Below are positions 1-8,842 of a stretch of DNA of 64,000 nt, piece by piece. The stretch is taken from assembly GCA_028688055.1 (NCBI GenBank), contig JAQTYZ010000002.1, forward strand, positions 4,256 to 68,255, written 5' to 3'. The position numbers and the translations under genes are program-made. How positions within the stretch are numbered: position 1 is the first letter of the stretch; each line of letters begins with the position of its first letter. This stretch comes from Patescibacteria group bacterium (lineage in GTDB: Bacteria > Patescibacteriota > Patescibacteriia > Buchananbacterales > UBA6539). A model generated the notes under the pieces. It saw nothing but the letters and a program-made list of their open reading frames with translations, was not told the origin of the DNA and made no database searches.

Positions 1-10
1 AGCCGCCGCA

Positions 11-211
11 ATGATTGACCAGCTAGACCAGTTCACCGCCGGTGACTACTATGCCTACGCCGGAGGCTTGTTGGTTCTTGAGGGTCGCACCAAGGAAGCC
101 CTGCATTATTTGAGTCAGGCCGAAAGACGCCTTAACGCGATCAAGGCTCACCCCGACACTGCGCGAGTTTTCAACCTAATTGAGGATCTTCGCAAACGAC
201 TAGGAGGGTAA
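11..211 (+). CDS. hypothetical protein, 3' end; the ORF may begin upstream of the window
   Basis: ORF ends at 211 and is followed by a rho-independent terminator hairpin. No recognisable motif. Confidence 0.3.
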   Translation: MIDQLDQFTAGDYYAYAGGLLVLEGRTKEALHYLSQAERRLNAIKAHPDTARVFNLIEDLRKRLGG

Positions 212-292
212 CGATACAACCTCGAAACCCTTAGCAGAGATGCCGAAACCACCGCCATGGCGGGGCAAGCAAGTTCGGCATGACAGATAAAC

Positions 293-321
293 GGAGACGT
301 CAACGACGTCTTCTTTTTTTG
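293..321 (+). terminator. rho-independent terminator
   Basis: agacgtc-aac-gacgtct hairpin followed by tcttttttt. Confidence 0.55.
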
Positions 322-402
322 TTTAATTTAGATAAATAGTATATATTGTATAAGACATAAGAGGACATTAATAGCTATTTACAGGACTCTTGAGATATCC
401 AC

Positions 403-431
403 TTGACTTAACTAGACAAAACCCCTAGAAT
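403..431 (+). promoter_or_regulatory. sigma70-like promoter for the small HTH gene
   Basis: TTGACT, 17 nt spacer, TAGAAT, about 45 nt upstream of the ATG at 478. Confidence 0.45.
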
Positions 432-477
432 TTAAGTATAATTTATGGCTTAAACGACTTAATAAAAGCCAATAATA

Positions 478-672
478 ATGGCAGATTACAAGCTGCTCAC
501 AATGGAAGAGGTAGCCAGAGTCTTAGGAGTTTCTCTTAAGACTGTTTATCGTTGGATTGATGCTGGCGAATTGCCGGTAAGTCTAATCGGGGAGAGGACT
601 TACCGGATTTTTGAGCGTGACTTGATTAAGTTTGTTTATTCGCGCCAAATTAAGAAAAAAAAGCCAAAATAA
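478..672 (+). CDS. small excisionase-family helix-turn-helix DNA-binding protein
   Basis: The 64-aa protein carries TMEEVARVLGVSLKTVYRWIDAGELP, a classic HTH_17/MerR-superfamily excisionase-type HTH, and has a lysine-rich tail. Confidence 0.6.
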   Translation: MADYKLLTMEEVARVLGVSLKTVYRWIDAGELPVSLIGERTYRIFERDLIKFVYSRQIKKKKPK

Positions 673-731
673 GCGACAAAACAAAGGTCGAAAAAAAACG
701 AGAAAACCAAAAATAAATTGAGGAGGAAAAA

Positions 732-1490
732 ATGACAAAAAGTTTTAACAAAATCAGAAATATTAGCCAAAAAGCCTTGACTTTTTCGCTAAATTATGCT
801 ATCCTGATACTAGGGTATATCGGTATAGTGGTATACCTTGACGGTCTGAAGTCAGCTGCCAAATTAGGCAAACTGACCCGTCAAAACAAAAAGCAAAACA
901 AAATTACTTATCAGCTACTCGCCGGACAAGCTTTGTCTGGAGCTAGCGTGCTCAAAGCCGCTAATTTAGCTGACCAATTCAATAGTAATCTACCTTTATT
1001 TACGTTTTGCTTTTTGTCAAAACGTTTTTTTATTAAAAGGTCGAAAACTAAAAAACAAAAAATAAAAATCAACAGCAATGATAGCAGGCTACTATCGATT
1101 AAAAGACATTTTGCAGCAAATCGATCGCAACAAAACGACGTTAATTCGCTGGGAAGAAGCGGGCTTAATTCCCAAGGCTTTGCGCGACAGTCGTGGCTGG
1201 CGTTGTTATTCCAAAGAACAAGTCGACGAAATCATTCGACGCGTTCAGGATACCAACTACTTTCACGAAACGGTTGGCGATCAAATAAACTTCGAGGGAC
1301 ACGTGCTGGATTCACATCCGAATCACGCGTAAAGTCTTTGAAGTTTTTATTAATTGCAACTGCAAAATATGACTTGGTCGAAACCAAACAAAAGTTTAGT
1401 TATTGGTTAGGAAATATTTCTAGCCGATTTTCTGTTTTTACTCGACCACTGTCATTAGACAAGGGTGAAATTAATATTCAAACGGATTAA
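732..1490 (+). CDS. questionable ORF of 252 aa, low complexity and K/N/R/S rich, overlapping the better-supported HTH ORF in another frame
   Basis: Strong SD (gaggagg) before the ATG at 732 and one N-terminal hydrophobic segment. The rest looks like read-through of intergenic or alternative-frame sequence. Possibly only the first ~95 aa are real. Confidence 0.2.
   Translation: MTKSFNKIRNISQKALTFSLNYAILILGYIGIVVYLDGLKSAAKLGKLTRQNKKQNKITYQLLAGQALSGASVLKAANLADQFNSNLPLFTFCFLSKRFFIKRSKTKKQKIKINSNDSRLLSIKRHFAANRSQQNDVNSLGRSGLNSQGFARQSWLALLFQRTSRRNHSTRSGYQLLSRNGWRSNKLRGTRAGFTSESRVKSLKFLLIATAKYDLVETKQKFSYWLGNISSRFSVFTRPLSLDKGEINIQTD
1078..1332 (+). CDS. second small MerR/excisionase-like HTH protein
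   Basis: [26 protein letters not shown] is an HTH motif paralogous to the 478..672 gene. Confidence 0.5.
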   Translation: MIAGYYRLKDILQQIDRNKTTLIRWEEAGLIPKALRDSRGWRCYSKEQVDEIIRRVQDTNYFHETVGDQINFEGHVLDSHPNHA

Positions 1491-1497
1491 TTAAAAA

Positions 1498-4400
1498 ATG
1501 AACTGGCTGCAAACCAAAATCTATCAAGCCGCCAAGGTAACAATGTTAACCAGCGTGTTAGCGTTGGTCGCTTTTGGTTTGCAATTAGCAAAATTTGAAC
1601 CAACAATTGCCGCCACCGGCATCAACCAACAATTAAACTACCAAGGTAAGTTGATGACGGTCAGTGGCGTGCAAGTTGCTAATACTAACTACAACTTCCG
1701 GTTCCGCATCTATAATGCTTCTTCCGGTGGTACGGTCTTGTGGACGGAACGGTGGACGGCCACTTCCACTCAGATTACCACGGTCAACGGAGTGTTCTCC
1801 GCTGCCCTTGGTTCGATTAATGCCTTGAGCAATGGTTCAATTGATTGGAACTCAGACAGTTTGTACCTCCAAGTTGATTTAGACGCTGACAATAATGGGT
1901 CCTGGGAAGAAAGCTTTGCTACTCGCAAACGTTTAACCTCCACACCGTATGCGTTCAACGCTAACCAAGTTAACGGCTTTAGCGCGACTTCCACCGCGGC
2001 GGTGGCCAACAATATTCCAGTCTTTGATTCTAACCTAACCTTGAACTTGTTTAATGGGGGAGTCAGTACTACGCGCGCCACCACCACCGCTTTATACTTC
2101 GTACCCCAAACCACGGCCCCTGACAGTCAAACCGGGAAACTCTACTTTGACTCAGGCAGTAACTACTTCAAATTCTACAATGGTCTCACTTGGGCTAGTT
2201 TAGGTGGTGGTGGAGCCGCTTGGGAATTATTCAACACTGACTCTGCTTTTATTACTCCCACCTCGTCCAAACCAATTTATGTCCCTGGTGCCTCACGGCT
2301 GGAAATGATTAATGCATCGACGACGAATGTTGATACCTTAACCGTCTATGGTAATAGTATCTACAACGGATTATCAACCTTCACTGATTTACGTACCACC
2401 AACCTTAATGCCTCAACGACGGCTAACTTCAATAATCTATTTATCTACGGTCTGGGCGATTTCACCGACCTGCGTTCAACCAACTTAAACGCTTCGGGCA
2501 CTCCGACCTTCGCCAATATTATTAACTACGGTACCTATACGGGCAACGGTGGTTTATCAATCTTCTCTGATCTGCGTCCGTCAATGTTGAATGCGTCGAC
2601 GACGAATGTTGACACCTTACGAGTTTACAATTCTCTCACCGTGCCTGACAGCAGTATCGCCTGGTCAAAATTAACTGGCATACCAACGTCAACCACTGAC
2701 CAATTGCCGGAAGGCGCGACTAACAAATATTACGCTAACTCTCTCGCTCGAGCCGCGCTATCAGCTTCCAGCCCAATTAGCTATGACTCGGGTACGGGAG
2801 CATTTAGTTTCCTCTATAACACAACAAATAATTGGACAGGGTTAAATACTTTCACCGACCTGCGTTCAACCAACTTAAACGCTTCGGGCACTCCGACCTT
2901 CGCCAATATTATTAACTACGGTACCTATACGGGCAACGGTGGTTTATCAATCTTCTCTGATCTGCGTCCGTCAATGTTGAATGCGTCGACGACGAATGTT
3001 GACACCTTACGAGTTTACAATTCTCTCACCGTGCCTGACAGCAGTATCGCCTGGTCAAAATTAACTGGCATACCAACGTCAACCACTGACCAATTGCCGG
3101 AAGGCGCGACTAACAAATATTACGCTAACTCTCTCGCTCGAGCCGCGCTATCAGCTTCCAGCCCAATTAGCTATGACTCGGGTACGGGAGCATTTAGTTT
3201 CCTCTATAACACAACAAATAATTGGACAGGGTTAAATACTTTCACCGACCTGCGTTCAACCAACTTAAACGCTTCGGGCACTCCGACCTTCGCCAATATT
3301 ATTAACTACGGTACCTATACGGGCAACGGTGGTTTATCAATCTTCTCTGATCTGCGACTCGCAAACGGATTAAATGCCTCTTCAACCGCTAACTTCTTAA
3401 ATGTGACATCCTTTGGCACGGTATCATCAACCGTTGCGCTAAACACCCAAGGCACCGGTCATTTTGGTAATAACGTAACCATTGACGGCAAGGTTGGCAT
3501 CGGCGCGACATCTCCACTTGCTAACTTAGAAATATATGACGGAACCGCGAGTAATATTTTAGGATTAGCAGTGAGAAGTAGCGGTATTGCTTGGACAAGC
3601 ACTCAACTACATCTTGGTCTTTATGACGAACGAGCATTAGCCGCAGATACGGGTCCAGCCATTGGATTTATCGCTCGCTATACGGCTAGCGCCTACACTC
3701 ATATGGCGGCGATAAAAATGGGCAAAGACAATGCGACGAGCGGAGAATATGGTGGCTATCTTTCGTTTATGACCAGAGCTAATGGTGTAGGAGAAGCAGA
3801 AAGAATGAGAATAACCAGCGCCGGTAATATCGGCATTAACAACACCGCGCCTGACGCTAAGTTGCACGTGACCGGTGATGCCAAAATAACGGGCAATGCC
3901 TCGACCACTGGTTGGTTTAATATTGGTACAACCAATCCGTTGGCAACCCTTGGCACATTGATCGGTGCCGGTGATTTATTTGTCGGACGAAATGCTACTA
4001 TCACCAACAACTTAACGGTTGATGGCACTACGTTGGTAGTTCAGGCTGATACTAATCGTGTCGGGATTGGAACGGCGAGTCCTTATGCCACTTTAGATGT
4101 CCAAGATACAATCCGTGCCACTAGGGCCGGTTATGATAATTTACAATATATTCAAATGACAGGAGATGGAGCTGGGAATTATCTAGTTGCTAATTCACAA
4201 GCAACTAATGATAAAGTTTTCTATATTGATGCTAAAAGCAATACAAATCCGGCCGGGGCAAATAATCAAATTCAGTTTCGAAATGGTTATACTCTATCGA
4301 CTAAAATGACTATTGATTCTTCTGGCAATGTCGGTATCAACAATACCGCCCCCGACGCCAAACTTCACGTCACTGGTGATGCCAAAATAACAGGTAATGC

Positions 4401-7400
4401 CTCAACTACCGGCTGGTTTAATATTGGTACAACTAATCCGTTGACAACCCTTGGTGCGCTCATTGGTGCTGGTGATTTGTTTGTTGGACGTAATGCCACT
4501 GTCACCAGTAACTTAACGGTTGACGGCACTACCTTGGTGGTTCAGGCCGATACCAATTATGTCGGTATTGACACAGCGAGTCCATTATCAAAACTTCATA
4601 TTAACAATGGGGCTAGTGGCAATATTTTATCTGTTGAAAGTAATGCCAGTGCCATTGATGAATATGCTGGATTAACACTGGCCAGTAAGGACTCAGGTGG
4701 GGCGTTATGGTATGGATCAGAAATTAGAAATATTAATACCGCTGGAAACCCTAGTTTTCTAAACCCAAGATTAGGTTTTTTCACTCAAGATTACTCCACT
4801 TATCTCCCGGCCAATCGAACAGAAAAAATGTCTATTCTAGGAAATGGTAATGTTGGGATTGGGACGGTGAGTCCAGGTAATAAACTGCAAGTTGTTGGAG
4901 CGATGGACGCAACTTATCCGGATTTGGTCGGACAAATAAATATTTCTTCAAATGATTCAGCGGCAATCAATAAAGGTGGCGTTTTGTCATTCGGCGGTAA
5001 CTATACCGGGACAACCAACACATCTTGGGCTACAATCTATGGTCGCAAAGAAAACTCGACGGCAGGCGATTATGCTGGCTATTTAGGCTTTGTAACAAGA
5101 GCGGTGGGAAATACCGGAACAGAAAAAATGAGAATAACCAGTGCAGGTGCTGTCGGTATCGGCAACACCGCCCCCGACGCCAAACTTCACGTCACTGGTG
5201 ATGCCAAAATAACGGGCAATGCCTCGACCACTGGTTGGTTTAATATTGGTACAACCAATCCGTTGGCAACCCTTGGCACATTGATCGGTGCCGGTGATTT
5301 ATTTGTCGGACGAAACGCGACGGTGACGAATAGTTTTATTGTTGACGCCGGAACTTTGTTTGTTGATTCTGGTAATAACTATGTCGGCATCGGGACGACG
5401 GCACCAGATGCAGGATTAACCGTAAACGGTTCAATCGATAGTATTTTACCATCAACCAACCGTCATTATTATAACGTTGCCGATTATAACTATACCGCCG
5501 GGGCGATTGTCGGGACAACAATCATTACGCTCCCTAAATACGGATCGTCCACGATGTTGCAAATCAAAATCAGCGGTTATGACTATAGCAGTGGTCGTGG
5601 CGCCTGGGAAATTATCATTGGTGGTTATAATTATTCCACCCACGACTGGTATAACACCAGCGTTGAATATAAAGGCACACCGCCGTTTACTCAAGTCCGC
5701 TTAGCAAATAATGGTACGAATGATTTAATTTTATTAGGAACAACGGCAACCAGTTGGGCCTACCCAAAAGTGGTGGTTACTGATGTTATGACGGGGCATA
5801 GCAATCTTAATAATTGGGGGACGGGCTGGTCAATCACAAACACAGCAACTGAACCTACTCTATTTAATGTCACCACTCTGACACCTAAAATGTTTATTGA
5901 TACTGCCGGCAAGGTTGGTATTGGCAATACCGCTCCCGCCTCATTATTAACCCTCGGGACGGCCGGCACGACGGCTGGCTCATTATCGTTAGCTGGTGCC
6001 ACTTCTGGTGTTATCACTCTTGCAACGGCGGCTGCGGCTGGGACGTACACGTTAACGCTGCCAACATCGGCCGGTAGTTTAAACCAGGTGTTAACTACCA
6101 ACGGCAGTGGGACGCTCTCGTGGTCAACAGGCCCCAGTACCCAGGCCTGGCAAAAGTACACCGGACTGGCATACCCAACGGATATTATCACGCCGACCAC
6201 TACCAATGCTTCAATTTTTATTTCAGGCAACGCGACGACCACCGGCAACATCACCATTACCCAGGCCGCCAACCCGGCCGGCAACCTGGCTTTCTCAGCT
6301 GCTAATCCTGTTATCAAAGCTTCCAGCTATATCACTGTCCCTGGCGGTATGTATGTCAGTGGTGGCACGCTTTATGCCCAAAACTCACTCAAAGCAAGGG
6401 GCGGTATCGCCGATGACCAGAACACCTACCTAACGCTGGCCGGCGGCACCAGCGGCTATTCTTATTTTTCCGGTAACGTCGGCATTGGCCAGACCGCGCC
6501 AGCAGCTTGGTTGGAAATTAACGGCGGCGCCACGACTAATGACTTGTTTAAAATTGCGACTACCAGCAATTCGGCAATTGTTTTTGTGGACAAAAGCGGT
6601 AATTTTGGCATTGGTACCACCACCTTCTTTAATAGCCCGGAAAACGGCAATCCCAAACTTGTTGTTGATGGTGGCTTAACCGGCGATGGCGGTATAATGT
6701 TGAACAGTGCTCAAGGTCGTTCAGCATATTTAGAATTTGCTAATGGTGCTAAAAGTGAATGGTATATATCCTCAAGAAATACTTTGATGGCGGGCGACAA
6801 TCATCAATTAAATTTTGATACTTACGTTAATGGTGGTCCAACAAACGTTTTGAGCTTAATGCAGTCGGGCAACATCGGCTTTGGTACGACCTCCCCGATT
6901 TATAATACCGTCACTCACCTTTCGAGTAGCGCCGCTAATCCGAATGATCGCCGAGCCAACTGGACCCGTGTTGACCTGTCTGGCAGCATTAGTAGTAATA
7001 TCTCTAATTACGGCCAATACATTTATCTATCAAATACCGGAGGAGCAACCGGAGGATTAATTGCAAATTCTTATTATGGGGGCAAATCAGAAGTAATCAA
7101 TTCTGGGGCAACAACGCCAACTGATGCGTCTTGGGGTCCAGCTCTAGCCAACTACGGCTATTATGGTCACGCCCAGTCGACCGGAACGGCCAATGCCGGC
7201 AGTGGTGGTAGCAATAACCGCTCGAACTATGGTGTCTATGGTCTTGCCGACGGCAATACCAATGGTTCAACCAGTAACTACGGCGTTTACGGTGATGCTT
7301 CTACAGGTGACCTAAATTATGGCGTTTATGCCCGGACCTGGGGCGCGGCTGGTCAAACCGGCTATGGTCTTTACGCAATGGACAACGCCAGCGCCGGTAC

Positions 7401-8835
7401 TAGTTATGCTGGCTATTTCCAAGGCAGTACCGCCAGCGATTACGTCATTTATATCAATAATATCGGTACGACTCCGGGTATTCACGACGATTCCGGCGCC
7501 GAGTTGACCGCGGCCGGAGCCTGGAATGCTGCGCCATCGTGGAGTTGGTATAAAAATCAAACCGCCGATCAGCCCACCGATTATTTGGAAAAACTGAGAA
7601 ATTTACCGGTCCACGCCTGGCAATATAAAAATGAAGTTGTCGATGGGAGTAACCGATATCTAGGCGATTCAAACGTTCACGTTTCACCATTCTTAGACGA
7701 CTTTAATAGTGCCTTTAGCATTGGGCCGGTCAATTCCGTAAACTATCAGGACTGGATTGGTGTCACGATGGGCGCGGTCAAAGAACTGGATAGCAATGTG
7801 TTACAGGTTCAAGATTCATTAAAATCTCTGGAGAGCAAAATCGGTTTAGACCAAGCCATTAACAATCCAATAGTTAATACCCCGGTCATCACTGTAATTA
7901 ATAACCCGGATTCCGAAATCAACACCTTAGTGGTTAATCAAGCCGCCACCTTTAATGGTACGTTATATGTTGTCGGTGAGGCCGGCTTTATGCACAAAGT
8001 TACCTTTGCCGACGACATTATTGTGGGCGGCAAAATTTATGCTTCCGAAGATCAGGCCGGTACCGCTGTTGTTGACGCCAACGCGACCTCAACGGAAATC
8101 ATTTTTAATTCCGAGTATGAAACCGTGCCAAAAATTGTCGCGAGCGTCGTCGGTGAAGATGATGACATTTGGGTCAATTGGAAAATCATCGGCAAATCAA
8201 CCAAGGGCTTCCGAATCTTACTTCAGCAGCCAATGGCCACACCGATTAGTTTCGATTGGATTGCCTTGCCGGTTAAAGGTGGCACAGCCGCGCCGGTGAT
8301 AAATGATTTAATAACCTCATTGACGTCAGTCGGCGCCAATATTCCAGTTGAACTTTGGGCTCAAGCTGCCGACCCCGACACCAGCGATTCTGAATTATCA
8401 TATTCCTGGAAATTGTCACCGAATATTGGAAAAATTGACGGCCAGTCTGGTCTCGTTTACTGGACAATTCCCGCTGATCAAATGCCATCAGCCGATACTG
8501 ATGTGACCGTTACCGTGACGGTTTCTGACGGTTCCCATTCGGCAACCAAATCAGCAACCATTAAAATCCTGGTACCGGAAAATAATACCGATGTCGCCAA
8601 TGATCAGCCAGCAACAACCGACACTTCGCAAACCACTTCTGATCAACCGACCGAAACTGGAAATAACTCAACCACCACCAACCAGGCTACCGTTGCTAAT
8701 GGGTGTACCGATAATACCGCGACCAACTATGATCTAACCGCGACTGACGATGATGGTTCGTGCCAATATCCGCCGCAGCCAACCAATAACTCCGACGCTT
8801 CAACAACGTCGGCCTCAACCACCCCAAGCAATTAA
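1498..8835 (+). CDS. giant (2445 aa) secreted or anchored tail-fibre-like surface protein with repeats and a Peptidase_S74-like intramolecular chaperone motif
   Basis: N-terminal signal/TM segment. Many (V/I)GIG(T/N)T(A/S)P...L.V.G tail-fibre-type repeats. The motif VNYQDWIGVTMGAVKELDSNVLQVQDSLKSLESKIG resembles the chaperone-of-endosialidase (S74) domain. Ig-like segment with TVTVTVSD. S/T/N-rich C-terminal tail. Confidence 0.85.
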   Translation: MNWLQTKIYQAAKVTMLTSVLALVAFGLQLAKFEPTIAATGINQQLNYQGKLMTVSGVQVANTNYNFRFRIYNASSGGTVLWTERWTATSTQITTVNGVFSAALGSINALSNGSIDWNSDSLYLQVDLDADNNGSWEESFATRKRLTSTPYAFNANQVNGFSATSTAAVANNIPVFDSNLTLNLFNGGVSTTRATTTALYFVPQTTAPDSQTGKLYFDSGSNYFKFYNGLTWASLGGGGAAWELFNTDSAFITPTSSKPIYVPGASRLEMINASTTNVDTLTVYGNSIYNGLSTFTDLRTTNLNASTTANFNNLFIYGLGDFTDLRSTNLNASGTPTFANIINYGTYTGNGGLSIFSDLRPSMLNASTTNVDTLRVYNSLTVPDSSIAWSKLTGIPTSTTDQLPEGATNKYYANSLARAALSASSPISYDSGTGAFSFLYNTTNNWTGLNTFTDLRSTNLNASGTPTFANIINYGTYTGNGGLSIFSDLRPSMLNASTTNVDTLRVYNSLTVPDSSIAWSKLTGIPTSTTDQLPEGATNKYYANSLARAALSASSPISYDSGTGAFSFLYNTTNNWTGLNTFTDLRSTNLNASGTPTFANIINYGTYTGNGGLSIFSDLRLANGLNASSTANFLNVTSFGTVSSTVALNTQGTGHFGNNVTIDGKVGIGATSPLANLEIYDGTASNILGLAVRSSGIAWTSTQLHLGLYDERALAADTGPAIGFIARYTASAYTHMAAIKMGKDNATSGEYGGYLSFMTRANGVGEAERMRITSAGNIGINNTAPDAKLHVTGDAKITGNASTTGWFNIGTTNPLATLGTLIGAGDLFVGRNATITNNLTVDGTTLVVQADTNRVGIGTASPYATLDVQDTIRATRAGYDNLQYIQMTGDGAGNYLVANSQATNDKVFYIDAKSNTNPAGANNQIQFRNGYTLSTKMTIDSSGNVGINNTAPDAKLHVTGDAKITGNASTTGWFNIGTTNPLTTLGALIGAGDLFVGRNATVTSNLTVDGTTLVVQADTNYVGIDTASPLSKLHINNGASGNILSVESNASAIDEYAGLTLASKDSGGALWYGSEIRNINTAGNPSFLNPRLGFFTQDYSTYLPANRTEKMSILGNGNVGIGTVSPGNKLQVVGAMDATYPDLVGQINISSNDSAAINKGGVLSFGGNYTGTTNTSWATIYGRKENSTAGDYAGYLGFVTRAVGNTGTEKMRITSAGAVGIGNTAPDAKLHVTGDAKITGNASTTGWFNIGTTNPLATLGTLIGAGDLFVGRNATVTNSFIVDAGTLFVDSGNNYVGIGTTAPDAGLTVNGSIDSILPSTNRHYYNVADYNYTAGAIVGTTIITLPKYGSSTMLQIKISGYDYSSGRGAWEIIIGGYNYSTHDWYNTSVEYKGTPPFTQVRLANNGTNDLILLGTTATSWAYPKVVVTDVMTGHSNLNNWGTGWSITNTATEPTLFNVTTLTPKMFIDTAGKVGIGNTAPASLLTLGTAGTTAGSLSLAGATSGVITLATAAAAGTYTLTLPTSAGSLNQVLTTNGSGTLSWSTGPSTQAWQKYTGLAYPTDIITPTTTNASIFISGNATTTGNITITQAANPAGNLAFSAANPVIKASSYITVPGGMYVSGGTLYAQNSLKARGGIADDQNTYLTLAGGTSGYSYFSGNVGIGQTAPAAWLEINGGATTNDLFKIATTSNSAIVFVDKSGNFGIGTTTFFNSPENGNPKLVVDGGLTGDGGIMLNSAQGRSAYLEFANGAKSEWYISSRNTLMAGDNHQLNFDTYVNGGPTNVLSLMQSGNIGFGTTSPIYNTVTHLSSSAANPNDRRANWTRVDLSGSISSNISNYGQYIYLSNTGGATGGLIANSYYGGKSEVINSGATTPTDASWGPALANYGYYGHAQSTGTANAGSGGSNNRSNYGVYGLADGNTNGSTSNYGVYGDASTGDLNYGVYARTWGAAGQTGYGLYAMDNASAGTSYAGYFQGSTASDYVIYINNIGTTPGIHDDSGAELTAAGAWNAAPSWSWYKNQTADQPTDYLEKLRNLPVHAWQYKNEVVDGSNRYLGDSNVHVSPFLDDFNSAFSIGPVNSVNYQDWIGVTMGAVKELDSNVLQVQDSLKSLESKIGLDQAINNPIVNTPVITVINNPDSEINTLVVNQAATFNGTLYVVGEAGFMHKVTFADDIIVGGKIYASEDQAGTAVVDANATSTEIIFNSEYETVPKIVASVVGEDDDIWVNWKIIGKSTKGFRILLQQPMATPISFDWIALPVKGGTAAPVINDLITSLTSVGANIPVELWAQAADPDTSDSELSYSWKLSPNIGKIDGQSGLVYWTIPADQMPSADTDVTVTVTVSDGSHSATKSATIKILVPENNTDVANDQPATTDTSQTTSDQPTETGNNSTTTNQATVANGCTDNTATNYDLTATDDDGSCQYPPQPTNNSDASTTSASTTPSN
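2461..3355 (+). repeat. perfect 390-bp (130-aa) tandem repeat, ~2.3 copies, inside the giant gene
   Basis: Identical blocks start at 2461, 2851 and 3241. The third copy diverges at ~3355. The encoded unit is FTDLRSTNLNASGTPTF...NTTNNWTGLNT. Confidence 0.9.
3838..5330 (+). repeat. three dispersed near-identical ~200-bp modules inside the giant gene
   Basis: Copies at ~3838-4060, 4327-4555 and 5161-5330. Each encodes NNTAPDAKLHVTGDAKITGNASTTGWFNIGTTNPL.TLG.LIGAGDLFVGRNAT with only a few nucleotide differences. Confidence 0.85.
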
Positions 8836-8842
8836 CTGAACA

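Noticed and set aside
1770-8488. Numerous 60-185-aa ORFs on the minus strand or in alternate plus-strand frames inside the giant gene (e.g. 1770..2114, 5760..6317, 6107..6433, 7955..8299)
   Set aside because: They lie entirely within a long, repeat-supported coding frame. They are low-complexity mirror translations of an S/T/G/N-rich gene and have no RBS or independent signal.
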